This document shows, piece after piece, positions 12,086 through 25,280 of a stretch of 46,750 nucleotides of DNA. The position numbers and the translations under genes were made by a program. The DNA is taken from positions 100,342,097 through 100,388,846 of the forward strand of contig NC_068986.1 in NCBI RefSeq assembly GCF_001194135.2, read 5' to 3'. How positions within the stretch are numbered: the stretch's first letter is position 1; each line of letters starts with the position of its first letter. The notes under the pieces are model-generated. The model did not search any database and was not told the origin of the DNA. It saw nothing but the letters and a program-made list of their open reading frames with translations. The stretch is from Octopus bimaculoides (lineage: Eukaryota).

Positions 12086-12480
12086 GTTGTTGTTGTTGTT
12101 GGCACACCGTCGCTTACGACGTCGAGGGTTCCAGTTAATCCGATCAACGAAACAGCCTGCTCGTGAAATTAACGTGCAAGTGGCTGAGCATTCCACAGAC
12201 ACGTGTACCGTTAACGTAGTTCTCGGGGATATTCAGCGTGACACAGTATGACAAGGTTGATCTTTTGAAATACAGGTACAACAGAAACAGGAAGAAATAT
12301 TGAGAGAAACTTGTGGTGAAAGAATACCGCATGGTTCGTCACCATCCCCTGCCGGAGCCTCGTGGAGCTTTTTAGGTGGTTTCGCTCAATAAACACTCAC
12401 AACGCCCGGTCAGGGAATCGAAACCACTATCCTATGACCGCGAATGCGCTGCCTTAACCACTGGGCCATTGCGCCTCGAC
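12086..12480 (-). mobile_element. Full-length tRNA-derived SINE, family C, with (AAC)n tail and 10-bp target-site duplication
   Basis: Minus strand: A box tggcccagtggttaagg, B box ggtttcgattcc, (AAC)n tail. Perfect TSD tattagactt at 12076-12085 and 12481-12490. Confidence 0.92.
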
Positions 12481-13918
12481 TATTAGACTTATGGTTGATG
12501 AAAATATAGGTATATTATAATGACCTCCGTTACCTGTAGCATTAGAGATCTTGAAATATATTCATTATATTCATTACCATTTCAGTAGAAATCTGGCATA
12601 TGATTGTATATCTGTTTTAAAATATACGCAACGTTTCTAAACCAGTGCTTAAGTTATTGTTGACCGTACATATATTGATGGATTTAAGAAATATATGAGC
12701 TGAAATGTTTTTTTTATATGAGCTGGTGGTGAGCAAACAGTAGGGGAAGGTGATTATAATGCTTAACATTCCCCTTGATCTAATACAAACGGCTCTATTA
12801 GTTGTTGGTAGCGTAGGCGACTATTGGATTGTTAGACCTGTTTGAAATAGCATCAACCAAATTTGAAACAGCACCGCGAAATTTTTCTCACTACTTTAGA
12901 AAAGGAAACGTTAGATAATGTAACTAGTATTATACGATATTGTAGATTATTTTTGCGCTTAAGATCAAGTAGACAAACATACTCATCTAGTGTCAATCAA
13001 AGGAAAACGTTTGTACTTATGGAAAATGTTTGTCAAATAAATAAATAAAATAAAATGAAACCTGGATAAATATATTGAGGAATAAACTCTCCTCTGTATG
13101 ATTGCGCAAACTCATGTTTAAAATACTGGTTCAGTATTAAAGAATAATTATGATGTAAAAGATGAAATATGAACAACTTAAATATTGAAGTTTGTAAACT
13201 ATATATTGACGCTTAAATTCAAAGCCGAACCTCGAGAAATACGATAGATAAAAGGATTTACGAACAGAAAAAAATGCAAAATGTAGCCTTGTGCAATATA
13301 TTATGTGTCATTTGCTGATGTAGTTGATGTTCAGTTCAAGCTGACACGGGATCTGTAGAATGACTACGCAAGGTTCAGCGATATGTTAATTTGCAAAGCT
13401 TCGAGGGAACGTTAGGTTATAGAGGAGAATATATAATGCATGTTACCGCACAGGTGAATCTCGTTTGCTATTCAAGTAAACGAAAGAGAATATACGCGTG
13501 TCACTTCATAATCTAAAACTCACAGATTATTGTTAAATAATGACACATTTGATAATGAAAAAGTATGCAAAAATATTCCAAAGAATGATTTTGCCTGAAT
13601 AATAAAAATAAATATTTATAGAAGCTAGTATACTTTATGTAGCGAACATTCACCAACGTTTTTAATCAATTAAAATTATGCTAGTGATAATTAGAGATTA
13701 TAAGCGATACTAACAATTCTTATCAGAATCTTCCGGTAAGAAGTGTGATAAACATTCCTGACGACATTTTGTCATTCATTTAGTGTAATTTGAGGTTCAT
13801 ACATTACTGCTTCTCCGAATGCAGGATTCGATATCGATGTCTCATCATATAGCTAAGCAGCACTGTAGGTACTTCGGCTACCTCTGCTGCGACATTAAAG
13901 CTACTCAGAGTCACTTAC

Positions 13919-13969
13919 CGATAAAGGCTGCATATCTCCTGCACAAGAACACGAGGTTTCTTCTGTCAT
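13919..13969 (-). CDS. Candidate first coding exon MTEETSCSCAGDMQPLS (or 20-nt exon 13919-13938)
   Basis: aaacATG context with an in-frame upstream stop and a consensus donor CG/gtaagt. An alternative acceptor ttcttgtgcag lies inside it. No homology recognised. Confidence 0.2.
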
Positions 13970-16283
13970 GTTTCTATCATCTCAATACTCGTTCTTGCCC
14001 TATCACTTCAGTCACATTTACAGTTTTGCTTTCTCAGTGGTTTATTACATTTTCTAGCAATATCTAACCTCTCATTCGCAGCTAGTCGAAGACTCTTGAT
14101 GAATGAGTGAAACATATTTGCAGCAAATCCTTTCAACACCTATTTTTACAGGATGCAATATTAGCTCCTATCCATTGTTTTAAAAGTTCAAACAACACAC
14201 TCTATTTTCTATCGTTCTCAAGTAAAGCATCCATGCTGTGATAAATTTTCCATGAGAAAATGGCAATACAGTACCAACTGACAACAGAGAAAGAGCAAAG
14301 ATTAGTAAAACTAGGGAAGCGATAAACAATAAAATTAATCTCACGTATTACAGACATTATCAATTCCTCGACAATAGGACTTCAACCTAATCATTCATGG
14401 CTATATCTGGCGATTGATTACACATCGAATGCAACCTGGCAAGAGTACCAAATATAACATGAACAATTTGAAGTAATTATTACGCCATGATTGGGCATAA
14501 AATCTGTACATTAAATTGCTGAAAAAACTTGTTGAAGAAACTTAAGTAACAAATGAATCCCATGATGCAGATATGAGCATTGTTTAGGAGATGAAAGTAT
14601 ATACAGGAGTGGTCAATAAAATGTAGGTGTGCGGTAAAAATTTGAGATGGGATCAATTGGAATTGAATCGTAGATACATAGGGTTGACTTGTATGGGCTT
14701 GTAGAGAAAGTTGTTACAGCATCACTAGTGAATGTAAACGATTTTGGGTGTCTGACTTGGAATCAGAAACGAACGACAGCAAAGATAACAAAGTGATTTG
14801 GGAAATACATATTGTAATTCTCTTTGCCAAGAATAGCAGACATGATGAATCGATATAATGTTTGTTTCAGTAGAACAGAATACACATTTGTGCGACATTG
14901 TCTGCAGAAACATAGTATATACAGTAATAAATGCTGCCCGCGTATAAGTACATATATGCACATACACAAGCACAGGCACAGGCAAACAAAAGCACACAGA
15001 TAAATAAAAGTTATGTGTATATATGTATATAGTTTATGTAAGTTTACGAAACTATTTCTGCAAATAGCATTGTTTAAATTAAATTAAATATATTTTCGGT
15101 ATTTTTTACCTTACATACACACAAACGCAAACGTACACACCTGTGCGCAAATGCCCATACAAAACCAAACAAACACATACATAAACACACACATAATATA
15201 TAATGAAATATTAACAATAAATCTAGAAATAGGAGTAAAATTAAAACCTATAGTCACTTACTCAAGAAATTATAGGTTTACGTAATTTGGTTTAATCCAC
15301 AATTCGGATTAAAATTATAACTAATATTGTTGCTGAAATATCAAAGTACTGGATAAACATTTCCAACCAGCTGGCCTGGTGGGAAATAATAGAAGGAAAT
15401 AATAGGCACTCGGTTAAACTACACTAGTCTACATTTCGTAATATTGCCAAGAGCATAGCTGAGTTGAACAACTAGATTAAATAATGGCTTCAGCCTACCT
15501 GGGTATGATATTCGCAGTACACCTTAATCCAATCGTAATTTGTAAACCTATCCGATATACTCAAGTCAATAGTCTCTGTAATTGTAGAAATAAATCCCAA
15601 TGTTCAATACACAACTATTTTCTTAGCAATAATGTAGTTTATAAATGTTCCGTACATGCACTGATAATTAATATGTTTATATTAGAACTACCTCAAATAA
15701 ACATAAATGTAGAATTATAACCATGGCCACATAAAAGTTGAAATTATCTGATCGCATTTTTAAATATTAGGATCAGTTTTTGAAGTTACTTGACCTGAAG
15801 AGTGTCCTCATTATGAATGGTATTTATATTGATCGATTCATTGTAGGTTGACCAGATATTTTCCAATTTCATGTGGCCATGAATCGCGCGTAGTCTTCCA
15901 TCTCCTTTCGTTTTTAAAGTAACTAAACTGATTAAAATCTTTAGTCCAATATTTCTTAGATTTTTATGTATTACAAAGTTTCCCTTGGGTTTTTTATATA
16001 TTTAAACTAGTATTTAGTATAGTGCGCTTTTCTTGATGGTGTCTGATCTCCTTCATCGTGTGAGCTGCACCATGGGGGTTCTTCTCTAAATTATTAATAT
16101 ATATATATATAATCTGTATACGTACCATACATAAACATTTGGAATATATGTGAACGAACGTTAATATGCACATGAATATACATTTAATACTGACGTAATC
16201 ATTTACGCATACATCTATTTACCACGTTCTCGGTTTCTGTCTCTGTTTGTCTATTTGTCAGACTCTTTCTCCTCTCTTATATA

Positions 16284-17115
16284 TACGAGATGCATGCAAA
16301 GAGTAAGCGATTTCATATTTGCATCGCCAAAACATGTGACTGGAAATATTCCTTTGGGCGAGAAACAAAATGTTTTGCATCGGCAGGCGCATCAGTTTCC
16401 GCTTGTTACGCTTGGTGTATAGACATATAGTATGTGCAAGTCCGATTTTTCTTTTCACTCTACATAACCAAAGGCATTGAGTAGAAACCATGTCTCATCA
16501 CTAGTCATGATGGGTTCTCTAACATCTGGGTCGTGGTTGGCAAACTCCAGCATGTCCTGACCGACTGCCATGTGTAGTTGTGCCTGTTGTTCTGCCAGCG
16601 CCTTGGGGGCAAATTGCAGTGTCAATTTTCGCATGCACACATCCTCTGGTAAACTAGATTGCACTGAACATGTGCTCATTCCCACTTCGTAAGTTATTTC
16701 TTGGATCGTTACATGAAGGTTTTCCATGACTATTCGCTGAACCTTCTGAATCGGCTCCTGGTTTCGGCTTGTGGTTGAACTGCCTGACAGTACATTGCTC
16801 TCCACTATGAGGCAGCTATTTCTGAAGAGGTTTGCCAATGTCACCATCGACAAGCCTACATAATTTTCCGGATGTTTTGGGCTGTAGCAACACGAAGCTC
16901 TTGGCAGAACTGTAATATATCTGCTCTATGCCTTCGGTGAATACGGAAATCCAATAATCGCGCACTACAAATCTTTACTTCAGGCAAAATCTGACGCAGC
17001 CTTCAGGTTCAGAATTTTTCCACCAAACGCTAGAAGGGTGACGTCACTCAAACTTAAAATGTTTTGCCAACACAATTAGTTTGTCGGAAAAAAGTCGGAT
17101 ATTTCTGCGACATAA

Positions 17116-17121
<6 letters not shown>
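16284..17121 (-). mobile_element. Mariner (Tc1/mariner) element, internally deleted
   Basis: TACGAG...CTCGTA ends with about 30-bp degenerate TIRs. Minus translation QFCQELR..NIRKI, SGSSTTSRN..V..I..VGMS, APKAL, IMTSDETW (cf. ITGDETW), then a jump to a C-terminal EYF-like remnant; most of the catalytic domain is missing. Confidence 0.87.

Positions 17122-17181
<60 letters not shown>
17121..17181. repeat. (AC)n microsatellite abutting the mariner terminus
   Basis: Directly visible. Confidence 0.95.
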
Positions 17182-17184
<3 letters not shown>

Positions 17185-18584
17185 GCGTGTCCAAGCGTGT
17201 GTATCTCAACTTGTTGGTATCTATTTCTGTGTGACAATATCTGACTGTTGATGTAGGATGTAGTTTAGGGAAGTATTTGGAGAAACGAAACGATTATAAA
17301 TTGATTGATAGATTACATTACCATAAATATTATATGGCTTGAATCTTTAGTATAGAGATGATCTCTATTAAAAATCATTCTATATTAATGCGTTGTAAAA
17401 GTGCATGAAGGAAAGCCATTCAGCGTAGTGGTCATTGATAAGTTGATAAATTGATAAAATGATTAATGAAAAACATTCGCAGCGCTTAATACTATTGATT
17501 CATAGAATTGTGAACGTGCTATTGTGTTTCGGCTAAATTCGTAAATTTAATTGAGTATACAATAGCACTACAGTGAGCAAGTACTTCCTCTTGTAGGATA
17601 TCTGCCAGATGATCTTTTAACCTTTTGAATATTGGAAGGGAAATTCTATTTATTAAATGTTTATCTCGTCGTCTAATCCTCCTCTTCTATAAAATTCTCG
17701 CCTTTGGTGCTCTTGAATATTATTTATGCAAAAATATTAGGAAATATCTCATACTTACAAATATATGAATACAGCCAAGAGCCATGCACACATATATTCT
17801 TACAAAGATATGATAGTATACGTACATGCGTACCATATATATANNNNNNNNNNNNNNNNNNNNNNNNNNNNNNNNNNNNNNNNNNNNNNNNNNNNNNNNN
17901 NNNNNNNNNNNNNNNNNNNNNNNNNNNNNNNNNNNNNNNNNNNNNNNNNNNNNNNNNNNNNNNNNNNNNNNNNNNNNNNNNNNNNNNNNNNNNNNNNNNN
18001 NNNNNNNNNNNNNNNNNNNNNNNNNNNNNNNNNNNNNNNNNNNNNNNNNNNNNNNNNNNNNNNNNNNNNNNNNNNNNNNNNNNNNNNNNNNNNNNNNNNN
18101 NNNNNNNNNNNNNNNNNNNATATATATATATATATATATATACATACTTATACATGTATGTATGTATGTATGTATATAACCTTAGATGTGAATTTGAACG
18201 TACACGACACACGTAAGCAAGCAAACACACTGATGTGAACGTCTGCGTTTGTATGTATACGACTATATCGAAGATTACATGTATTATTATATGGTTTCAA
18301 GTATTAACATTGTTTTCCAATCTCCTCATCTTTATTTCGGTCTCTTTCTCATCCTCTTAAGTCTCATCACTCTCTGTCTTTGTCTCCCTCTCGTTTCCCT
18401 CATATATCTGCACATGTATGCTTCTGAGTATGTGTATATGTGTGTGTATGTTTCCGTGTGCATGTGTGTGCGTATGAAGGTATGAACGGTCTGCTACAGC
18501 GGAAAACAAACATGCATATACACAAGTATGCATGTATGTATATGCAGGTATGTATATGCATGTATGTACAGCTATCTATTTATA

Positions 18585-18623
<39 letters not shown>

Positions 18624-18724
18624 ATCTCTTTCTCCCTCTCTCTCTCTCGCGTGCTATATATATATATATATAGATATATATACATGTATATATACATCTC
18701 TTTTACACATATATAATATATATC

Positions 18725-18765
<41 letters not shown>

Positions 18766-19244
18766 TAATACACACATATATATATATGCATATATCATAT
18801 AGATAATACATATATATATACATAATATACATACATACACATATATACATACAGCCACCCACACATATTCTGCGTGCATGCATATGTCATTGCGTGTGTT
18901 AGTATATGTGTTTGTGTGTGAATACACGTGTATTCATATGCTGTTAGTTTACCATTTATATCCCTATTTATGCATTGTTTATGCTTTCGATCGAGATCTC
19001 TGCATACACAATTATACACTGAAATGTATTATTTAATCACACTTGTAAATATTTGCAAATTTCTTCTGAACTCTGACCTCGAAGTAATTACTTAGAGGCT
19101 ACATTGCACGGCATACATAATTTCACAAATATCTGATACTTGTTAAATACGTCCCCCGCCTCCTGTTTGTCTAACACTTCCTAAACTGGATATCGAAAGG
19201 TTGAATGTTAATATTGACAGCAATTGTAAGGGTCTTACTTGTAG

Positions 19245-19290
19245 TTATGTACACGTTCCACTTATACGCCGTGACCTCTTCAGAGGCGTT
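19245..19290 (-). ncRNA. Decayed hammerhead-like motif
   Basis: Minus: CTGAAGA-ggtcac...gtg-gaac-gtg-ta. Shares ctgaagaggtcac (13 nt) with 25115-25127. Stem I is not supported. Confidence 0.25.
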
Positions 19291-19696
19291 TCTCATTGTT
19301 CTTACATTAGTTTGTGATCGATGCTACCAGAGTTAATTAGGCAGAAATACATTTTGAACTGAATAAGACTTCACACTGTTCTGTTATTCTGTCTGAAATG
19401 ACTTTCTTTTGGAGTATTTGGAATAATATTAAGAAATACATCGTCAAAGGAAATGATGATAGAATACAGCTAAACTCATTAACCGCATTACTTTTGGTGG
19501 AGAGATTTCTCTTTAACGATTTTGCCCGATATTAAGATGTCAGTGAAATATAAATGTATGGACGAATGTATTTATACGTATTCACGCACACATGTATGTA
19601 CGTAGGCACACATTCGAACACATGGGCATACGCACACACAAACGAACGCACAAACGCACACACAGGTATATGTATATAATGTATCTATGTACATTC

Positions 19697-19742
<46 letters not shown>

Positions 19743-20664
19743 NNNNNNNNNNNNNNNNNNNNNNNNNNNNNNNNNNNNNNNNNNNNNNNNNNNNNNNNNN
19801 NNNNNNNNNNNNNNNNNNNNNNNNNNNNNNNNNNNNNNNNNNNNNNNNNNNNNNNNNNNNNNNNNNNNNNNNNNNNNNNNNNNNNNNNNNNNNNNNNNNN
19901 NNNNNNNNNNNNNNNNNNNNNNNNNNNNNNNNNNNNNNNNNNNNNNNNNNNNNNNNNNNNNNNNNNNNNNNNNNNNNNNNNNNNNNNNNNNNNNNNNNNN
20001 NNNNNNNNNNNNNNNNNNNNNNNNNNNNNNNNNNNNNNNNNNNNNNNNNNNNNNNNNNNNNNNNNNNNNNNNNNNNNNNNNNNNNNNNNNNNNNNNNNNN
20101 NNNNNNNNNNNNNNNNNNNNNNNNNNNNNNNNNNNNNNNNNNNNNNNNNNNNNNNNNNNNNNNNNNNNNNNNNNNNNNNNNNNNNNNNNNNNNNNNNNNN
20201 NNNNNNNNNNNNNNNNNNNNNNNNNNNNNNNNNNNNNNNNNNNNNNNNNNNNNNNNNNNNNNNNNNNNNNNNNNNNNNNNNNNNNNNNNNNNNNNNNNNN
20301 NNNNNNNNNNNNNNNNNNNNNNNNNNNNNNNNNNNNNNNNNNNNNNNNNNNNNNNNNNNNNNNNNNNNNNNNNNNNNNNNNNNNNNNNNNNNNNNNNNNN
20401 NNNNNNNNNNNNNNNNNNNNNNNNNNNNNNNNNNNNNNNNNNNNNNNNNNNNNNNNNNNNNNNNNNNNNNNNNNNNNNNNNNNNNNNNNNNNNNNNNNNN
20501 NNNNNNNNNNNNNNNNNNNNNNNNNNNNNNNNNNNNNNNNNNNNNNNNNNNNNNNNNNNNNNNNNNNNNNNNNNNNNNNNNNNNNNNNNNNNNNNNNNNN
20601 NNNNNNNNNNNNNNNNNNNNNNNNNNNNNNNNNNNNNNNNNNNNNNNNNNNNNNNNNNNNNNNN

Positions 20665-20706
<42 letters not shown>

Positions 20707-20874
20707 ATAAGAAATGTAAGTAATAATTATAGAGAGACACAAAAATAGAAAGCAAGTTCAATCAGTAAACTCAGGGGGACCAAAAACATAGCAAATATTT
20801 GGCCACATGTGGACATGATCCGAAAAGTTCAGTCTATGTATGCATGTATGTATGTATGTATGTATATATGTATG

Positions 20875-20908
<34 letters not shown>

Positions 20909-23900
20909 TGTATTTGCTGCCGATAAGAAAACTGTACATGCGCGGTAGATATGGAAAAAGAATTATAGCATATAAGCACGAGGCATGAGTCTATGTATTG
21001 CCTCGTATTTATGTGTTAGTCTTGGCTTTCCTGCTGATGATAGCTGGCCTAACAAATTATTTTATTTTGCTGAAAATAGCTTCAAACCTTGGTTCAGGAA
21101 ATAGATGGTAAATGTTTTTTTTTTTAATCCCTTTCGAAATTATCCCTAATTGTGGTTTAGAGTTTGACTGCTGCTTCTAGCGGGTTAGATGTCCTCTATT
21201 ATGGACATCCCTCTTATGTGTTTAAATGTACNNNNNNNNNNATATATATATATATAAAAATTTAAGTATTTTAATGAGAGTTTCTCTGTTGAAGACGGTA
21301 GGAATCCTTTTGCGTTTTCGTTTGTTTTAATGTAATTTATGCATAATATATATACAATTTGAAATGGGACAAGAAAGAGGTAACTTATTTAATGTTATTT
21401 CATGTGAGATAATCCTTTTAAATCCAGTGGCAGACAAAAAATTATATATACGGTGGTAATTCGAAGAGTTCAGAAAGCAATAGAAATAGATTACTAACTT
21501 AGAGATGAACAGCGGACAAAGTGAACTGGAGTAACAAGAATATACAAGAATATAAGAAACTAATTGCTATAAGGAATTAGACATAATGAAATGCACAGAT
21601 ATTGGAATGAGAGATGAAACATTTATTAAATAATGTTTATACATATATTGTTGCATTTTTGAAATTACGATCGGAAGCTTTTATGATCTCAAAATTCTGC
21701 ATATGCTATAGAATTGCAGGCGGTGGGCAGGAGAGTTCGTTATTGGATGGTAGAAAATAATACAGTAGCTGATTCGGCTGCCCTCGATATGTTCCAAGCA
21801 AAGATAAATCTTTTTTTCTCTCTGGCAGGATGCCTGAAGAGAGAGTTGGCTTCTAACCTGACCTTAAGAAGACTCCTAATATTGTTCAAAAGAAAGCTTG
21901 TTTACTAAGTAAATGACTAAGGGATCATGATGTAAACTAGGAGGTTTACTTTGAAAGGAGTTCAGCATATTAGAACCATTTAACCCAATGGCAATAAAAT
22001 GGCGTTGAACCAAATACTTTCACAAGTGATCCTAACGAAAAAAATTCACTGATGATGAAGTATCTGTTATAATGATTCCAACAGTAAAGAGATTTGGAGA
22101 TTTCCCGTAGCTCACTCTGTCGATTTTGGTCTTTGGAATGACCATTAATTCTTGACAGATTTCGTTCCCGGCGGTGGTAAAGACTCTGTGTAGCAGTAAA
22201 CTACAGAGTTTCAAAGTTATTTGTAGAATAGCTAGAAGTGAAAAATTAAAAACAAAGAATAAAGTAAACTCAGATTTTAAAAAATGAACAAAATTATATG
22301 TGAAATGTAAAAGAAAAACTTGAGAGAAAATTATTTGAATGATATTCAGTGAATAATGGTGAACAGAAGATGACAAAGGGAAATATGTGTGATTGGAAGA
22401 AAGTAAAATGCACAAAAATAAGCTAGAGAGTAAGACACAAGGGAGAGAAGAAGGAAGGTAAAAAAGTATGAAATATAGATCCGTTTCCAAAAGAAACTGA
22501 ATTTGCAACAGTGGATTAGATTTGGAGTGTTGGCAGAGTTTTCTCAAAGCAAGGGTTGGTTCATTTTATTCTACCTAGTTATAATTAGATACTTCTTAGT
22601 GTTAGATCTGTTTATAATAGCTATTCCTGTACAACTTGCAGCATTGTATTGAGATAACTCAAAGATCTATATCCCTCAGGATTTGCAAGCCTAGCAGCCC
22701 TCTTTTGTGGATTGAATTTAATTATAAACGTAGATAAGTAAAAATCTCAATTGAATTTTCTATTTGCTATGGCTTCAATTTCAAGTTGTCAATGAAGTTA
22801 ATTTGATTAAGCTATGATTAATCAAACGTCGAAAGATAAAACAGCATTAGTTGCTTGATGGCATGAAATAAATCAAATATTGATAATTAAAAAGTGGATA
22901 TGCTTGTGGAAATGCATACACAAATGTTTATATGAACTTGCTTGGTTTATTTGTCCGTAGCTGCACTATTTATTCCTAAATATATTTACTATATTTCTAG
23001 CTCCTATATATTAAGATGGAAATAAGTTCCGTCGCATTTTTTATATGACCACTTCCGTGGAGATTCCGTCAATTCTCACGGTAAAATAAGCACTAAGTAA
23101 GTTATTTTTTCCTTTCTTTTCATATAACTTCAGGCCAAAGACAAATTTGTATCGATTTAACTCTTTTGAAATGAATGTAAAAGATCCCTTTACCAGACAC
23201 TGGCTATTAACTTCTCAGATCATTGCAACATCATTTTAGAGGGAAAATAATGTATCAATTTTGAATTTTTAAAAATAATATTGAATGTTTCCTAGATCCG
23301 AAAGTTGATGAATTATTACACACGAGGTTCCAGTGATTTGCCGAATAACGGGGATTATGTTATCAGTAATAACAAGAAACGTCTTCATTGAGTATATGAA
23401 TGACGACTAAAGAGACATGAATTTCCTACCTTCAAAGTCTACAGGACGTTCCACCCAAATAATGTGTAGCTACACGAGCTAATGCCAAAAAGCTTAACAA
23501 GATAATGTATCACCGAGACCTGCAGATATCTATGGAATTAACATTTGGTAAATATATTATATTTGCATGGTGTAATTGAGATTATTCTTTCACGTGAAAT
23601 CAATTCAAAGATATAAATCATAGAAACTACTTTTTAACTACTGCTAAACCAGTGTAAATACATAGGGATATAAAATCACACGTAGATAAGTAAGATTGTT
23701 TTGCTTAGTTCTTTCCTTATTAAACCAGTCTCTACTCTCTGGAAAATATCAAAGCCTCCTTATGTATAATATTCGCAATCACAACATCCCGAAGTTATTT
23801 TTGTTATCTTCTTAGTAAGAATATCTTTATTTGCTGATGACCGTTTCATCATTTGCCTCCTCCTGTTGAATTTAGATAGAACCATTCTTCATATCAATAA

Positions 23901-24129
23901 ATGGCATAGTCTGAGAGGCTAATTATGCAAAGTTAACCAAAAGCATATAACTATCCCGTTAATTAATATGTGGTTAATATACCATATATTACGTTTATGA
24001 ATTGGCGCTGCAATACTCCTGATGTGAAATCGTGTTGAAACAGATGTTGTATTTCGGGATGGTCACTTACTTTTTAGCCAAATAAACACTTATGTTCATG
24101 TATTGCCCGGCAGTCTTTCGTAACACATC

Positions 24130-25280
24130 TGTGACATCTTCAGCAACAGTGGAGAGGCTGAACGCAGCATAGGGGAGCTTACAGGTGAACACTGGCGAAA
24201 GCTCAAAGAAGACAAAGACGCGTCAGTACTCTACCAACATGTTGAATCAGAACATGGTGGCTCGATTAATAGCATACAGCTTAAAGTATTATCGATGCAT
24301 AGAACTGACAGGGCACTTAGACAGATCACAAAGGCTACACAAATAGCAGTAGGCAGACCGAGCCTCAATAGAAAACACCAAAGGAATAATAACGCCCATC
24401 ACCACACCACACCACACCACACCACATGACTAAGGCAGAAGGGAGAAGAGAGAGGAAAAAAATAATAAAGAAAATATAGATACAAACAGGGTAGTACACA
24501 ATAGACATATATGCAAATACATGTGATACATATAAGAAATGGTGATAGATAAGTAAAAAACAAATAGATTAACACATTTGTCACGTGCCTGTGATAAATA
24601 TAAGAAATAGAGATTGATAAAGAAAGTAATAAATCTATATAAAGGGCATGGATACAAACAACATAAGAAGCGAACCAATATCCTCAGACAAACACATACA
24701 CAATAACTTCACAGACGGCCGGAACAGTATCTAGATCAAGACTAACAACGGCAGCAGCAGCGGAGGCGACCACGATGGCAATAACAACAAGAAAAACAAC
24801 AACTACTACCAAGATGGCAGCATCGTGGGCGAACATAGAAACACAGAGAGCTACAGGAACTGTACCAATTTTTTGTGTCATAGGACTGCAGCAAAAATAA
24901 TGGGAGAAGGAGGATGGAGTTCAGGTGAATGTTATACTACTACTAAGAGCAATGACACGTACACAAGCATATACACACAAGCATACACGCTCACATCCAC
25001 ACACGCACACTTACACAAACACAGACGCAAACGCATGAGCACATTAGGATACACAACATATAAGAGCAGATGAAATAAGTGGGGAAAGAGCATACACGAC
25101 AACAAAAAATGTCACTGAAGAGGTCACAGATGCGTGACAACAGTTTTCGGGACAATGGACATGAGTTAGAAAAGGAACAGTAATAAATGAGTGAAGAACA
25201 AATAATTAGCTCGTGTTTATTTGGCAAAAAAAATGGCCATCCTGAAGTGCAACAATACGATATATACATTACCTGATATA
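24130..25280 (+). mobile_element. Penelope-like element 3' fragment (C-terminal GIY-YIG plus A-rich 3' region)
   Basis: 24151-24390 translates GEAERSIGELTGEHWRKLKEDKDASVLYQHVESEHGGSINSIQLKVLSMHRTDRALRQITKATQIAVGRPSLNRK (GE-R-EH-S-L-H-H-R-I-P-LN pattern). An A-skewed UTR follows with a hammerhead-like motif. Confidence 0.75.
25110..25154 (+). ncRNA. Decayed type-I hammerhead-ribozyme-like motif
   Basis: tgtca-CTGAAGA-g-gtcac-agatgc-gtgac-aacagttttc-gggaca: intact CUGAAGA, perfect 5-bp stem II, GAAA partly deleted, tgtc/gaca stem I. Confidence 0.45.

Noticed and set aside
12400-12480. tRNA gene (and similar heads at about 1000-1048, 26820-26880, 33394-33480)
   Set aside because: A and B boxes are present, but there is no complete cloverleaf and each continues into a SINE body.
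21829-21908. Plus-strand exon candidate with strong acceptor
   Set aside because: All three frames contain a stop at or before the donor; it could only be non-coding or terminal, with no other support.
22032-22547. 171-aa minus ORF
   Set aside because: The L/F/S-rich composition reflects the antisense of an A/G-rich tract; no start context or domain.
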